From a virus: a stretch of DNA of 64,000 bases. The position numbers and the translations under genes were made by a program. Below the pieces are notes generated by a model, which was not told the origin of the DNA, ran no database searches, and saw nothing but the letters and a program-made list of their open reading frames with translations. The DNA lies in IMG/VR virus record IMGVR_UViG_3300036985_002246, positions 96,001 through 160,000 of that record, one strand, 5' to 3'. This document shows, piece by piece, positions 45,588-56,353 of this stretch. Position 1 is the stretch's first letter, and each line of letters begins with the position of its first letter.

Positions 45588-46268
45588 ATGCCGTTCATCT
45601 GCAAGCGCCGTAGTGACATCCAGAATGGGATCCTCCAGGTCACTGACCTCTGGCCCAACGCCAGCCAGCGGAACCAGTCGATCGACCCGCAGCCCCAGGG
45701 TCCCCGCTACGTCAGCGCCCCGGTGACCAACACGGTCGTCCTGAGCAGCACGGGCGCGACCCAGCGGTACCTCGCGACGGCCCAGTCGGGCCTCTCGGCG
45801 TACCTCGTCGCCAACGTCGATGTGGCTGGCCCCGCGCTCACGCCCGCCCAGGCGGACGTGGCCTCGGCAGCCCTGATCGCTGCCATGCAGGCAGGCGCGG
45901 TCCTCAACCTCGCGGCGATCAACGTGATCCTCAACGCGGCTGCGGCAGGTGCAACCCTCACGGGTGGTACCTCGACCGGTGCGGTCATGGACGTGCTCCG
46001 GATCCTCTCGGGCGCGACCTACACAGTCCCGGCTGGCACGGTCGTTCAGGTCGTCGTCTCGACGTTCAACCCCCAGGCGACCCCTGCGGTGTGGAACGCG
46101 AACAACTTCGACTTCAACGCCTACCACGACATTCTCGTGAGCGACTCGTCGTTCTACATCTCGCTCGCTCAGGGCCAGATCAACGGCTTCTCGTCGGCTT
46201 CGTTCATGTACCTCGGGACGGCGGGCGCGGCGCTCGTCGTGTACGACAACACGGGTGCAGTCCTCTGA
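45588..46268 (+). CDS. Hypothetical virion protein, tandem paralog A
   Basis: MPFICKRRSDIQ...; highly similar to the next gene. Confidence 0.7.
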   Translation: MPFICKRRSDIQNGILQVTDLWPNASQRNQSIDPQPQGPRYVSAPVTNTVVLSSTGATQRYLATAQSGLSAYLVANVDVAGPALTPAQADVASAALIAAMQAGAVLNLAAINVILNAAAAGATLTGGTSTGAVMDVLRILSGATYTVPAGTVVQVVVSTFNPQATPAVWNANNFDFNAYHDILVSDSSFYISLAQGQINGFSSASFMYLGTAGAALVVYDNTGAVL

Positions 46269-46336
46269 GTCCTGGAGGGACCTGATTCTCAGGTCCCTTG
46301 CAGGTCTTGGTATCCTGCAACGCAAAGGGAAGTGGG

Positions 46337-47386
46337 ATGCCTTTTATCTGCCTCCGGCGCTCGGACATTCAGGACGCGGTTCTTCAGATCACTGACCTCT
46401 GGCCCAACGCTTCGCAGCGGAACCAGAGCATTGATCCGCAGCCGCAGGGTCCACGCTACGTGGACGGGCCGAAGACCTCTTCGGTGATCCTGAGCAGCAC
46501 AGGTGCAACGCAGAGGTACCTCGCGCAAGCGCAGGTTGGCCTCGCCGCGTACCTGATCGCGAACGTGGAGGCCGCCAATCTGGCGGCCCTCACGCCCGCT
46601 CAGGCCGACACGATCGCTGCCTCCCTGATCGCCACAATGCGGGCGGGTGGGACGCTCAATCTCGCGGCGATCGACGCGGCCCTCTCCACGACTGCCGGTG
46701 TGGCTGCGACCGCCACCCTGACGTTCGGTGGTGCCCCGGTCAACGGCGAGACCGTCACGATCAACGGCAAGGTCTACACCTTCCGAGCGGTGATCAACGG
46801 GGCCTCTGTCAACGGTGACGTGCTGAACGACGCTCTGGCGGCCAACGCCATTGCGAACCTCGTCGCTGCGATCAATCTCGGTGCGGGTTCCGGCGTCAAG
46901 TACGCCGCCGCCATGACGCTCCACCCGACGGTGTCCGCAGCCCCTGGGCTTCTTCCTGAGATCCTGGACGCGACGGCCAAGTTCCTGGGCGCAGCAGGCA
47001 ACCTGCTCACGAACGCGACGAACGTCACGCTCGGCGTCTGGGCACCTGTCGGGTTCTTCGGTTCGGGCCTGGACGCCTCCCTGACCGGCGGTGCCTCGAC
47101 CGGGACGGTCCTCGACGTGCTTCGGATCCTCGCTGGTGCGACCTACACGGTGCCCGCAGGGACCGTCATTCAGGTGCCCGTCTCGACGTTCAATCCTCAG
47201 CCGACCCCTGCGGCGTGGAACAGCGCGAACTTCTCGGACTTCAAGGACGTTCTGGTCTCGGACTCGTCGTTCTACACCAGCCTCGCGCAGGGTCAGATCA
47301 GCGGCTTCCTGTCGCCCCAGTTCAGCTACCGGGGCGTCACGAGCCCGGCGCTCACTGTGTACGACAACGCTGGCGCAGTTCTCTGA
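46337..47386 (+). CDS. Hypothetical virion protein, tandem paralog B with ~125-aa inserted domain
   Basis: MPFICLRRSDIQ...; insert ATATLTFGG...TVTINGKVYTF...NLVAAIN. Confidence 0.7.
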   Translation: MPFICLRRSDIQDAVLQITDLWPNASQRNQSIDPQPQGPRYVDGPKTSSVILSSTGATQRYLAQAQVGLAAYLIANVEAANLAALTPAQADTIAASLIATMRAGGTLNLAAIDAALSTTAGVAATATLTFGGAPVNGETVTINGKVYTFRAVINGASVNGDVLNDALAANAIANLVAAINLGAGSGVKYAAAMTLHPTVSAAPGLLPEILDATAKFLGAAGNLLTNATNVTLGVWAPVGFFGSGLDASLTGGASTGTVLDVLRILAGATYTVPAGTVIQVPVSTFNPQPTPAAWNSANFSDFKDVLVSDSSFYTSLAQGQISGFLSPQFSYRGVTSPALTVYDNAGAVL

Positions 47387-47431
47387 CCTGAGCCCATGAG
47401 GTCCTCCCCCCGCCGCTTCGGCAGCGGGGTC

Positions 47432-47459
47432 GAAGCCGCCGAAAGGCGGCTTCTGCTTT
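47432..47459 (+). terminator. Terminator-like GAAA hairpin, preceded by a cUUCGg hairpin at 47408-47429
   Basis: gaagccgcc-GAAA-ggcggcttc, then tgcttt. Confidence 0.65.
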
Positions 47460-47510
47460 GGCCCTCCACGGCGGTAGAGTCCAACGGCTCACCCAGGGAA
47501 GGCCGAAGCA

Positions 47511-47741
47511 TTGGACGACGCTCATTACCACACAAGCGATCTGTACTACGCAGCGTTCCTGCGTGTGGCAGGCGTCAAGTTCATTGAAACGACCCGTGAC
47601 GGCACCCGGACTATCTTCGTCTTCGAGAACGCTGAGGGCATTCGAGACCTGAAGCGCGAGTACTTCAATCGAACGGCCAAGGTAGGCGCACTCGACTACG
47701 CCGACCAGGTTCGCAGCATGAAGGCCATGATCCACCTGTAG
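47511..47741 (+). CDS. DUF5659-like small phage protein
   Basis: TSDLYYAAFL...RTIFVFE...V.ALDY pattern. Confidence 0.6.
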   Translation: MDDAHYHTSDLYYAAFLRVAGVKFIETTRDGTRTIFVFENAEGIRDLKREYFNRTAKVGALDYADQVRSMKAMIHL

Positions 47742-47780
47742 CGGGCCGCCTAGCTCCGCTATAGGCCGCTTCGGATAGAG

Positions 47781-48149
47781 ATGGCTGTAGACGCTTACAT
47801 CAACGAGCCGTTCATCTTCCAGACCCTCTTCGTGGATCCGGAAGGTGCGCCCGTTCTCGTCCTCAGCCCGAATATCACAATCTTCCGCATGGACCCGCTG
47901 ACCGGGGACGAGATCCCCATGGTGGTCGCAGGTCCCATGTCCCCTGTCTTCCCCCCGGAGCCAGGCCGGTTCGTCTTCCCGTATGTGATCCCGGCCACAC
48001 TGCTCGACGGGGACACCCTCTACGCTGAGACACGGGCCACAGACCCGGTGACCCTCTACGTCACTATCTCGAACGAGACCCTCAACGTCAAGTCACGAGC
48101 CAGCAGCCCAACCGCCTGCGCTGGCCTCAACGCTAGGTTCGTGAAGTGA
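47781..48149 (+). CDS. Hypothetical protein (Ig-like?)
   Basis: Codon usage; beta-strand pattern. Confidence 0.55.
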   Translation: MAVDAYINEPFIFQTLFVDPEGAPVLVLSPNITIFRMDPLTGDEIPMVVAGPMSPVFPPEPGRFVFPYVIPATLLDGDTLYAETRATDPVTLYVTISNETLNVKSRASSPTACAGLNARFVK

Positions 48150-48203
48150 GCCAGGCGTCCGGACAGGACGTGACCGGCAGACTCCCGCCTCCGGGGGTCC
48201 GTC

Positions 48204-48581
48204 ATGGTTGAGTTCAACAAGATCATCACGATCCCCACCGGGGGCGGAAACCCCGCTGCCCCAGGTCCAGGGGACTCTGTCGTCCTGAACATTGCCTCCC
48301 TCACGGTCGCGGGGCGGTACATTATCCGGGACTTCCAGCAGCCCCTGACAGGGCCGCTGAACGGCTTCAACACGGTCTTCACGACCGCGACCGCCTTCAT
48401 TGCCTCAGGCCCCTCGAAGGAGTCGTTCTACCTGAACGGCGTGCTCCTTCTCCAAGGGGTCGGGAACGACTACACGGTGTCAGAGTCCGGTGGGGTGGGC
48501 ACTGGGTTCAACACCCTCACAATGGCCTTCGCCCCCAAGTCAGTGGACTGGCTGACGATCGACTACTGCCCGGCCCCGTAA
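48204..48581 (+). CDS. Hypothetical virion protein
   Basis: LNGFNTVFTT...YLNGVLL...NDYT motif shared with the C-end of 48647-50596. Confidence 0.6.
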   Translation: MVEFNKIITIPTGGGNPAAPGPGDSVVLNIASLTVAGRYIIRDFQQPLTGPLNGFNTVFTTATAFIASGPSKESFYLNGVLLLQGVGNDYTVSESGGVGTGFNTLTMAFAPKSVDWLTIDYCPAP

Positions 48582-48646
48582 GCCCTGCCTCGACTGGCGG
48601 TGTTTCACCTATGCTGACGCCGGGATAACCCACCAGGAGTGTAGAC

Positions 48647-50596
48647 ATGGCCCGCACGTTCATTCAGCAAGAGACGCAGATCCGCAACACCCCAGCGGCG
48701 GAGTACGCGGACAATATTGCGCCCACGCTGGCCAACTACCAGACGAACCCGACGAACCTCCAGCAAGACCTGAACAACATTCGGTCTCAGGTTCACAACC
48801 TGCTGGAGACGATCTCGGTCGGCAACTGGTACGACCCCCTCAACACCCCCAGCACGTTCGAGTTCGGGGCGCAGCGTGGCGTCAACGACCTGAACACCGA
48901 CCTGCACGACCTGGAGCGCAAGCGCGTCCTCGTCACGGTCTCCAGCCTGATCGACGTGGTGGTCCCGGCCAGCGTGCAGGCGACCAACACGTTCACCTCG
49001 ACGGGTGCCTTCAGCACCACCGAGACGATCACGATCGGCGGCCAGGTCTACACGTTCGTCAGCCCCTTCGTGGACGTGGCGGGCAACATTGACGCCTCGG
49101 GCACGACCGCCCAGACGCACCAGAACCTTCGCCGGGCGATCAACGGCAACGGCGTCGCGGGTGTCAACTACGGCACGGGCACTCCGGTCAACACCTCCGT
49201 CACGGCGACCGACGGAGCCACCTCGAACGTCTTCACGGCGATCCTGGGCGGCACGGCGGGCAACCTGATCGCGACCACGACGACGTGCGCGAACGCCACG
49301 GTTCCTGCGACGCTCACGGGCGGCACGGGTGACATCAGCATCCTGACGCTCGGCCAGCTTCCCTCGAACACGACCCAGGCCGTCGGCGCAGTCACCACGC
49401 TCGGCACGGTTGCCGCGTTCAACGCGACGTTCGGCTCAATCTCGCTCGCAGAGGTCGCAGGCTCCACGGCGATCTCGCCGAAGAACCTCTGTGAGATCGT
49501 GGACGGCTCGACACGCGACCCGATCCTCTCGTCAGGCCGCACGATCTACGCCCTGTTCCAGGTCGAGACGGTGACCGACGGGATCACCATGACGGGCACC
49601 ACGCCCAACCGAGCCCAGCTTTCCTACGTCCGCCTCACCTCCACTGGCGACGACCTGGAAATGGTCCCGGCAAGTGACATTGCGGGCAAGACGATCAACT
49701 ACTCCTCGGTCGAGCGCAAGGGCCTCGACTCGCTGAGCGAGCAGGACTTCCTGCGCGGGGCGATCATTGACGTTCCCGCCGGAACCACGGTCACCCGTCA
49801 GATCGGCTACGACAATCAGGGCACGACTCCGGTCACCGTCCTGACCAACTCCCTCCTCGACCTGGGGACGGCCAGCGTGGACTGGGAGATCCGCGACCTC
49901 GCCTCGGTCATGCTGTTCAAGGTGCTCGAAGGCAGCACGGGCGGCACGAGCGAGGTGCAGGTCGGCGCAGCGACTGACCTCTTCAAGTCGAACGCCGTCC
50001 TCAACGAGTTCAACACGGGCGCGGCCTTCGACAACGCCGCAGCGGGCACCACGATCAACGTGGGCGTCACGGCGAACCAGATCGACGCGGGCGGTGCCCT
50101 CACCGTCACCTCGGGCGGCGCTGCCGACCTGAACCTCGTGGGTGCCCTGGAACTCAACCTCACGGACAGCTACCGTGCGGGCTCGACCTGGAGCCTTGCA
50201 GCCGGTGTCGCGCTCTCCAGTGCCTCGGCTGAGTGGTCACTCTTCGAGACGAACTTCGGTGAGGTCAGCCTCCTCAACGCGATCAACCAAGCCTACGCCT
50301 CGGCGGCTGGCCCGACTCGCGGCACGAAGACCTACTCGAACGTGACGGTCACCTCGGTGGCGGGCACGGACATGAGCCTCGCCACGGCGACGCTCGACGC
50401 GGCGCTCCCGGACATGAGCCAGGGCACCTTTACCGACCACGACGTGTACCTGAACGGCAACCTGCTTCGTGGTGAGGCGTCGTATCCCGGAGCGAACGAC
50501 TACGGCCCCGGTACAGTCCTCAACCCGGCACGGCTGAAGTTCGAGTTCATCACCAAGGTTGGTGACGTGATCTGCGTCGTGCCGTGGAACCCGTGA
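48647..50596 (+). CDS. Large Thr/Gly-rich fibre-like virion protein
   Basis: AGGAG RBS; 649 aa; shares a module with the 46337 insert. Confidence 0.7.
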   Translation: MARTFIQQETQIRNTPAAEYADNIAPTLANYQTNPTNLQQDLNNIRSQVHNLLETISVGNWYDPLNTPSTFEFGAQRGVNDLNTDLHDLERKRVLVTVSSLIDVVVPASVQATNTFTSTGAFSTTETITIGGQVYTFVSPFVDVAGNIDASGTTAQTHQNLRRAINGNGVAGVNYGTGTPVNTSVTATDGATSNVFTAILGGTAGNLIATTTTCANATVPATLTGGTGDISILTLGQLPSNTTQAVGAVTTLGTVAAFNATFGSISLAEVAGSTAISPKNLCEIVDGSTRDPILSSGRTIYALFQVETVTDGITMTGTTPNRAQLSYVRLTSTGDDLEMVPASDIAGKTINYSSVERKGLDSLSEQDFLRGAIIDVPAGTTVTRQIGYDNQGTTPVTVLTNSLLDLGTASVDWEIRDLASVMLFKVLEGSTGGTSEVQVGAATDLFKSNAVLNEFNTGAAFDNAAAGTTINVGVTANQIDAGGALTVTSGGAADLNLVGALELNLTDSYRAGSTWSLAAGVALSSASAEWSLFETNFGEVSLLNAINQAYASAAGPTRGTKTYSNVTVTSVAGTDMSLATATLDAALPDMSQGTFTDHDVYLNGNLLRGEASYPGANDYGPGTVLNPARLKFEFITKVGDVICVVPWNP

Positions 50597-50610
50597 GGAG
50601 TCACTGAACC

Positions 50611-51180
50611 ATGAGCCATGAGAGAGTCGAACTGCGCGCTTCCGGAATGCACGACGTAGGGGTCCGTATGGACGACCTGCTGGAGGGTGCCCGGAAGGAG
50701 GTCCTTCGCTGTGACGGAGCCGTGTCTGGGCTCCAGCAATGTGCGAAGGCAGTCGGCGAACTCACGCCTCATGTGGACAGGGACGTGGACGAGGGAAAGT
50801 ACGACCTGGAGACGGCAAAGCAGATCAAGCTCTACTTGAGCCGGGCTATCCAGGTCGTACAGAACCTCGGCATGAACGCCAGCAACCAGCGAATGCTCTC
50901 GGCTGGCCAAGTGCAAATGGCTGAGGTGGCGGTCTCCGTCACGAAGAAGATGTACGACGGCGAAATGCAGAAGTCGGCTGCGATTGCAGCCGCTGAAGCG
51001 TCTCCTGTCAGTGCGGACGGTCGCGGGCGTGTGGTGGGAATGCACCCGTCAGCCACGATCAAGGAGCAGCGCCTGGCAGAGGAGGCCGCTCCGGCTGTCG
51101 TCCCTCAGGTGGCCCAAGGGACAGCTACAGCCCCGGCCAGGAAGAAGCCGGGGCCAAAGCCGAAGAACACCAGTGTCTAA
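50611..51180 (+). CDS. Hypothetical helical protein
   Basis: GAGGAG RBS. Confidence 0.65.
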   Translation: MSHERVELRASGMHDVGVRMDDLLEGARKEVLRCDGAVSGLQQCAKAVGELTPHVDRDVDEGKYDLETAKQIKLYLSRAIQVVQNLGMNASNQRMLSAGQVQMAEVAVSVTKKMYDGEMQKSAAIAAAEASPVSADGRGRVVGMHPSATIKEQRLAEEAAPAVVPQVAQGTATAPARKKPGPKPKNTSV

Positions 51181-51958
51181 GACCCCCGACAGGCACCCAG
51201 GAATCCTCGTCGAGACTGAGGAGATCCTGCTGGGCGGGGATGTCTCCGGCGACCCCACTGACCTGGGCGGAATGCGCTATGTCAGTGGTGCCTTCCGGTT
51301 CATGGACGCCATTGGGGTTTTCGATCCGAGAGGCACTGGTTCGGGTGACGTTGTCGGTCCGGCGTCCGCGACAGACAACGCTATCGCCCGCTACGATCTG
51401 ACCACCGGCAAGCTGATCCAGAACAGTTCCGCCACTGTTGACGACAACGGGTACATTGACAACGCACAGGGTCGGTTCAACGGCGTCCGCTACTACACTA
51501 GCTCGGCCACCGACCCGTCGTCACCCACCCCAGCCGACGGGGACATTTACTGGAACACCGCACTCGAAAAGGAAATGCGGTACGACGGCACGCGCTCAAA
51601 GTGGCTCAGCGTGGAGTCGGTGACGTTTCTGTTCAACAGCCCGCAGGCCGCGATTGGCAGCTACTTCAAGCTGGGCGACGTTACCATGACCTCGACCAGG
51701 GGCTACAATATGCCCCACAACGCGACGCTCGTCGCCATGGGCGTCACGCGCAGCAACACGGGTACTGCGACACTTGAGGCGGTGGCCGCTGGATCTTCGC
51801 TGGCGACTCAGGCGATCGGCACTGCGACGAAAGTGAAGACCAACACGGTGAACGCTGACATTGCCGTTGACGTGGTGCTCTCAGCAAAGAATGCAAGCGC
51901 GAGTGCCAACGAGATCCTGAACGGAATCGGGTACTTCGTCGTGAAGTGGAGAGTCTGA
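51173..51958 (+). CDS. Fibre-like protein
   Basis: GSGDVVGPASATDNAIARYD...GKLIQNS repeat typical of phage fibres. Confidence 0.65.
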   Translation: MSKTPDRHPGILVETEEILLGGDVSGDPTDLGGMRYVSGAFRFMDAIGVFDPRGTGSGDVVGPASATDNAIARYDLTTGKLIQNSSATVDDNGYIDNAQGRFNGVRYYTSSATDPSSPTPADGDIYWNTALEKEMRYDGTRSKWLSVESVTFLFNSPQAAIGSYFKLGDVTMTSTRGYNMPHNATLVAMGVTRSNTGTATLEAVAAGSSLATQAIGTATKVKTNTVNADIAVDVVLSAKNASASANEILNGIGYFVVKWRV

Positions 51959-51959
51959 C

Positions 51960-54900
51960 GTGGTCACGATCATTGCGAAGAACACGACCGCTGCGGACCT
52001 CCCGATCGACAACCTGTCGGTGGTGGACGCTGTTATCCCGGCGTTCGGAACGGTGACGCTGACGGACTCCAACTTCGTCTATCAGATCCAGGCCGACCCG
52101 CAGCTTCGGGACTACGTCACCTCGGGCGACATAGTGATCAGCGACGGAACGTCCGACCTGTCCCTCACAGACGGTCTGAACTACCTGTCAACCGTCGCGA
52201 TTGCGAACTCTTCGGCGAGCGTTGACACCTTCATAGCGGAGAACAGCCCCGCGCAGGTCGTCACGGTCGCGGTGAGCGGCGGGCAGCTTACGTCCGTAGC
52301 GGCAGCCATTGCGAGTATCACGGACGCGACGGTCACGAAGCCGTACATGGTGTCGGTGTACCCAGGCGAGTACACCGAGCCGCCGTTCACAATGAAGCCC
52401 TACGTCTCGGTCGTCGGCGTGGACGGGTTCTACTCGGTCCATATCAAGACGAACAACGACTCGGCGCACTTCATTACGGGCGAAGCGGGCTCCGAGCTTC
52501 TCAACGTCTCGCTCACGGGTCCAACCGGAGTCGGCTACGCGACCATTGACTACCAGACGGAGTCGCGGATCCCGTTCATGCTCGATCACGTTCTGATCCG
52601 TGGCGGCTACTACGGGGTCTGGTGCCACCCAGCCGCAGCACGGGGCGTCGTCCACGCCTTCTTCGTCACCGACTGGTACTCGGGCAACACGATCAATCAG
52701 CTTTTCCGCTCGACCGACTACGGCAATATCACCTGCATGAACTCGGCAAAAATGTCGGGTCCCGCAGGTAGCTGCGTGACCGGGTGGTATGGGTCAGGAC
52801 CGCACGCCGAGTTCACCCTGGACCTGTGTGCCTTCCGCGACTCCAGTGGCACAGCCTTCTTTGCAGACAACGGTGCCTACTACCGCCTGACGGCCTGTGC
52901 GGTGTCAAAGGCGTCGAAGGCACTCCATATTGGGAGCACAGGCACGGCCTCTGAGTTCCAGGCGATCGGCTGCGTTATCAACGAGGCTGAGGTCACCACT
53001 CATATCCAGACCGACACCCCGAACTGCGTCGTTGAGTACCAGGGATCGGCATGGAGCAGCCGGTTCAATCTGGCGAGTGGGACGGATGCGTTCATCCTGG
53101 CCACGGACACCGACGCCTTGGCGGTGACTGTTGTTGGTGAGCTTCGGGTCGGCGACCTTGCCACGGCTGTTCCGGTGGGATCCTATCTCCGCAAGACCTC
53201 TTCGACAGCAAGCACCACGTTTACGACGCTCTCACGGGGCACCGGGCGCGTTCTGAACGTCGGTGCTGGAACCGGGTTTATCTCGAACGGGTCCAGTATC
53301 GTTGGGGTGACCTGGGGGGCAGCAACGCCTACCCTCACGGCGAACAGCAACCTCTGGGTCATTGTGGATTCAGCGGGTGTGGTTCAGGAAGTCCTCACGG
53401 AGCCGGACTATGAAGCCGTGGTTGTGCTGGCAATCGCGACCACCAGCGCCACCGACACTATCTTCCTTTCCAGGCACTACGTCGCGGCGAGTCAGCACCT
53501 CCCGCACATGCACGAGTATTTCGAGACCGTGCTTGGGCCGCTGTCGGTGTCTGGCTGCACCACGGTCAAGCACGCTTCGCCGTCGCTCCAACTCGATGTG
53601 GATGGCGGCGTCTTTTACATTGCGGAGAATGAGTTCACGGCCAGTGCGAATGCTCCGATCACGTTCACCTACTGGTATCGCAACGGAAGCGGCGGGTGGA
53701 ACTGGGTCACGTCGCAAACCTCGATCAACGTCACCCAGTACGACGACGGGTCCGGGACGCTCGCCACGCTAACGGGGACCAACTTTCGCCGCGATTCCGT
53801 CTATCTCATTTCCGGCACCTGGGGCACGGAGTACCATGTGGTACTCGGTCAGGAGCAGTTCGCGACCGCACTCCTCGCCGTTGTGAATCCGACCCCTCCG
53901 GAACAGCTTCGAGTGAACTCGCTGCGGGTGGCTGCGGTGGTTGTCCAGAAGGACGCGACAGACCTGACTTCGGTCATTGACCAGCGCCCGATCCTCGGGC
54001 AACTCTCCACCGGAACGACAGCAGTCACGTCCCATGGTTCACTCTCTGGGCTCGGTGCGGACGACCACCCTCAGTACCAGCTTGTCACGGGGAAGAACGC
54101 AGCGAACGGGTACGCGGGGCTGACTGCCGGGACGATGATTGCGACGGCTCAGCTTCCCTTCACAGCGACGCCTCCGGTCAACGTCACGAAGGCGGCGGCA
54201 GCCGTAGGGACTTCGACTGAGATTGCTCGACAGGACCACAAGCACGACGTGACGACGGCGGCGGCTGTTGCAGTTGGGACGGCGAACGCAGAGGGGTCAG
54301 CGACTTCACTTGCACGCTCTGACCACACGCACCAGGTCACGGGCTTCTCGATCGCAAACCTCACGATCGACGCGGAGGGCTACCCGAACCTGGGCGACGC
54401 CTCGACGACGACGCCAGCGACGCCAGCGACTGGGGTGACCCTCTTCTCGCGGTTCCGTGCTGGTCGCCACATGGCCTCCCAGGTCGGGCCGTCTGGCATT
54501 CCATACTCGTTTCAACCGGCGCTGTTCGCTAGCAAGATCACGCTCTGGACGGCGCAGGGCAACGGCACTTCGGTCAGCACGATCAACTTTGGCACGAGCA
54601 ACACGGGCAACGCAACGGCTCGCAACGTCGCAACCACGAATTTCGCGACCTCACTCAGGCGACTGGCCTTCGTATCAACCACAGGCTCCGGCAGTTCGTC
54701 GGGCACACGCCACAACCTGCTTCAGTTCTATCGTGGCGACGCTGCTGGGCGTGGCGGCTTCTTCTACGTGGCGCGCTTCGTGGTTGATACGATCTCGGCT
54801 GGAGCCCGGTGGTTCGTCGGCCTCTATGGCTCTGCTGCGGCGATCGGGAACGCGAACCCATCGTCACTTGCCAACACCCTCGGGTTCGGGATCGACGCCA

Positions 54901-55211
54901 GCCATACGACGGTGCGGTGGTTCTACAATGACGGATCCGGAACGGCGTCAAGCTCTGACATGGGTGCGAGCTTTCCCGCGAAGACGGCAAACGTCGTCTA
55001 CGAGATTCGCATTTTCTGCCCGCCCAATGGCTCGACGATCTACTACTCGATCGAGCGGCTCGACTCGGCTGCTTTCGCTGAGGGGAGTGTCACTACGGAC
55101 ATTCCGGCGGCCACACAGCTTCTCTCGCCGCAGATTTGGGCGAACAATGGTGTCGATAACTCAGCAGTCGCACTTGCGGTCGTGTCGCAGTACCTTGAGA
55201 CGGACAACTAG
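51960..55211 (+). CDS. Long tail fibre/spike-like protein (beta-helix segment, HGSLSGLGADDHPQY and ARxDHxH repeats)
   Basis: 1083 aa; TSVAAAIASI...PYMVSVYPGEYTE; ARQDHKH, ARSDHTH. Confidence 0.7.
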   Translation: MVTIIAKNTTAADLPIDNLSVVDAVIPAFGTVTLTDSNFVYQIQADPQLRDYVTSGDIVISDGTSDLSLTDGLNYLSTVAIANSSASVDTFIAENSPAQVVTVAVSGGQLTSVAAAIASITDATVTKPYMVSVYPGEYTEPPFTMKPYVSVVGVDGFYSVHIKTNNDSAHFITGEAGSELLNVSLTGPTGVGYATIDYQTESRIPFMLDHVLIRGGYYGVWCHPAAARGVVHAFFVTDWYSGNTINQLFRSTDYGNITCMNSAKMSGPAGSCVTGWYGSGPHAEFTLDLCAFRDSSGTAFFADNGAYYRLTACAVSKASKALHIGSTGTASEFQAIGCVINEAEVTTHIQTDTPNCVVEYQGSAWSSRFNLASGTDAFILATDTDALAVTVVGELRVGDLATAVPVGSYLRKTSSTASTTFTTLSRGTGRVLNVGAGTGFISNGSSIVGVTWGAATPTLTANSNLWVIVDSAGVVQEVLTEPDYEAVVVLAIATTSATDTIFLSRHYVAASQHLPHMHEYFETVLGPLSVSGCTTVKHASPSLQLDVDGGVFYIAENEFTASANAPITFTYWYRNGSGGWNWVTSQTSINVTQYDDGSGTLATLTGTNFRRDSVYLISGTWGTEYHVVLGQEQFATALLAVVNPTPPEQLRVNSLRVAAVVVQKDATDLTSVIDQRPILGQLSTGTTAVTSHGSLSGLGADDHPQYQLVTGKNAANGYAGLTAGTMIATAQLPFTATPPVNVTKAAAAVGTSTEIARQDHKHDVTTAAAVAVGTANAEGSATSLARSDHTHQVTGFSIANLTIDAEGYPNLGDASTTTPATPATGVTLFSRFRAGRHMASQVGPSGIPYSFQPALFASKITLWTAQGNGTSVSTINFGTSNTGNATARNVATTNFATSLRRLAFVSTTGSGSSSGTRHNLLQFYRGDAAGRGGFFYVARFVVDTISAGARWFVGLYGSAAAIGNANPSSLANTLGFGIDASHTTVRWFYNDGSGTASSSDMGASFPAKTANVVYEIRIFCPPNGSTIYYSIERLDSAAFAEGSVTTDIPAATQLLSPQIWANNGVDNSAVALAVVSQYLETDN

Positions 55212-55222
55212 GAGCTAGATCA

Positions 55223-56353
55223 GTGGCCGCCACGACCCCCAACACCGTGTTCGAGTACACCGTCGATTCCGACGGCATTTTCCCCAACAAGCGCGTGGAC
55301 ATTCCGCGCTTCACGGAGGAGATCCGCGCCAGCAGTATCTCCGTCGCGCTTCGTGGGATCACGATCGCCTCCGGCAACTGCGTGATCGAGTTCTCCGGCA
55401 ACGCAAGCTCACCCCCAGGGCTGTCGTCGGCGGAGATTCTGGTCCTCGACACTCTGGTCACAAGCCACACAGGGGAGCCCCTCCCTGTGGGTGCTGCGAC
55501 TGTGACCCTCTCCTCCCCGTCCAACCCGGAGAACAAGATCCCACTCTTTTCCCTCGCGGGACGCGAGGGCAGTGAGGTGATCTACGCCACGCACAACTAC
55601 TGCGACAAGACCACCTGGTACTCGCAGAGCCTCCGGGCGGAGTCAGAGACCCTCGTGGACTCCGGGAATGGCCTCACCTGGGGGAGCGCCCATACCCACT
55701 GGGTGGATATGTACTCCGGCAAGGTCATGGACGACGACGGGGTTCGCACAGACGTTTCCCACGGGTACTCCGTGGTCGTCACCGCGAACGGGGTCGAGAA
55801 GACCATGCGCGAGGTCTACGAGGACAACGGGGGTGACTACACCGTGGACTTCGCTGCGGGCACGGTCACGTTCTTCTCGGTCCCAACAGGCCCGGTGGTG
55901 GCGACCTACTCGTATGCGGACGGGTCTGCATGGATCCTCCGGGCCTCGCCCGGTAAGAACCTCGACGTTGAGTCCGCCGAGACGCAGTTCAGCACCGACG
56001 TGGAGATCACGGACTCGATCGTGTTCACCTTCCACGGGTATGCGGCTGTGTTCGCCCCAGCCGCCGTGGCCGCCAACCTCTTGCAGCCCACCGACCTCGT
56101 GGAGATCGGGAGGGACACGTACAAGCGGTTCACCCAGATCATTGACAACGCGATCGGTTCCTTCCCTGTCGTCCCGGCCATTGGCGGTGCTGCCAGGGGC
56201 ACACAGCACGCAGTCTACGGGTTCCCGTTCAGGTACGGGACGCTCCGACGGATCTACTCGGAGTACGGAATGGAACTGCGGGTGTTCACGAAGCACGGTC
56301 GAGTGCTTCCCGGCGAGTACGCCACCACAACCTTCTACTGCGTGTCAAGGTGA
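55223..56353 (+). CDS. Hypothetical virion protein
   Basis: Tiles the operon; beta-rich. Confidence 0.65.
   Translation: MAATTPNTVFEYTVDSDGIFPNKRVDIPRFTEEIRASSISVALRGITIASGNCVIEFSGNASSPPGLSSAEILVLDTLVTSHTGEPLPVGAATVTLSSPSNPENKIPLFSLAGREGSEVIYATHNYCDKTTWYSQSLRAESETLVDSGNGLTWGSAHTHWVDMYSGKVMDDDGVRTDVSHGYSVVVTANGVEKTMREVYEDNGGDYTVDFAAGTVTFFSVPTGPVVATYSYADGSAWILRASPGKNLDVESAETQFSTDVEITDSIVFTFHGYAAVFAPAAVAANLLQPTDLVEIGRDTYKRFTQIIDNAIGSFPVVPAIGGAARGTQHAVYGFPFRYGTLRRIYSEYGMELRVFTKHGRVLPGEYATTTFYCVSR

Noticed and set aside
54157-54330. ARxDHxH repeats as a novel metal-binding system
   Set aside because: A common repeat type of phage tail-fibre shafts.
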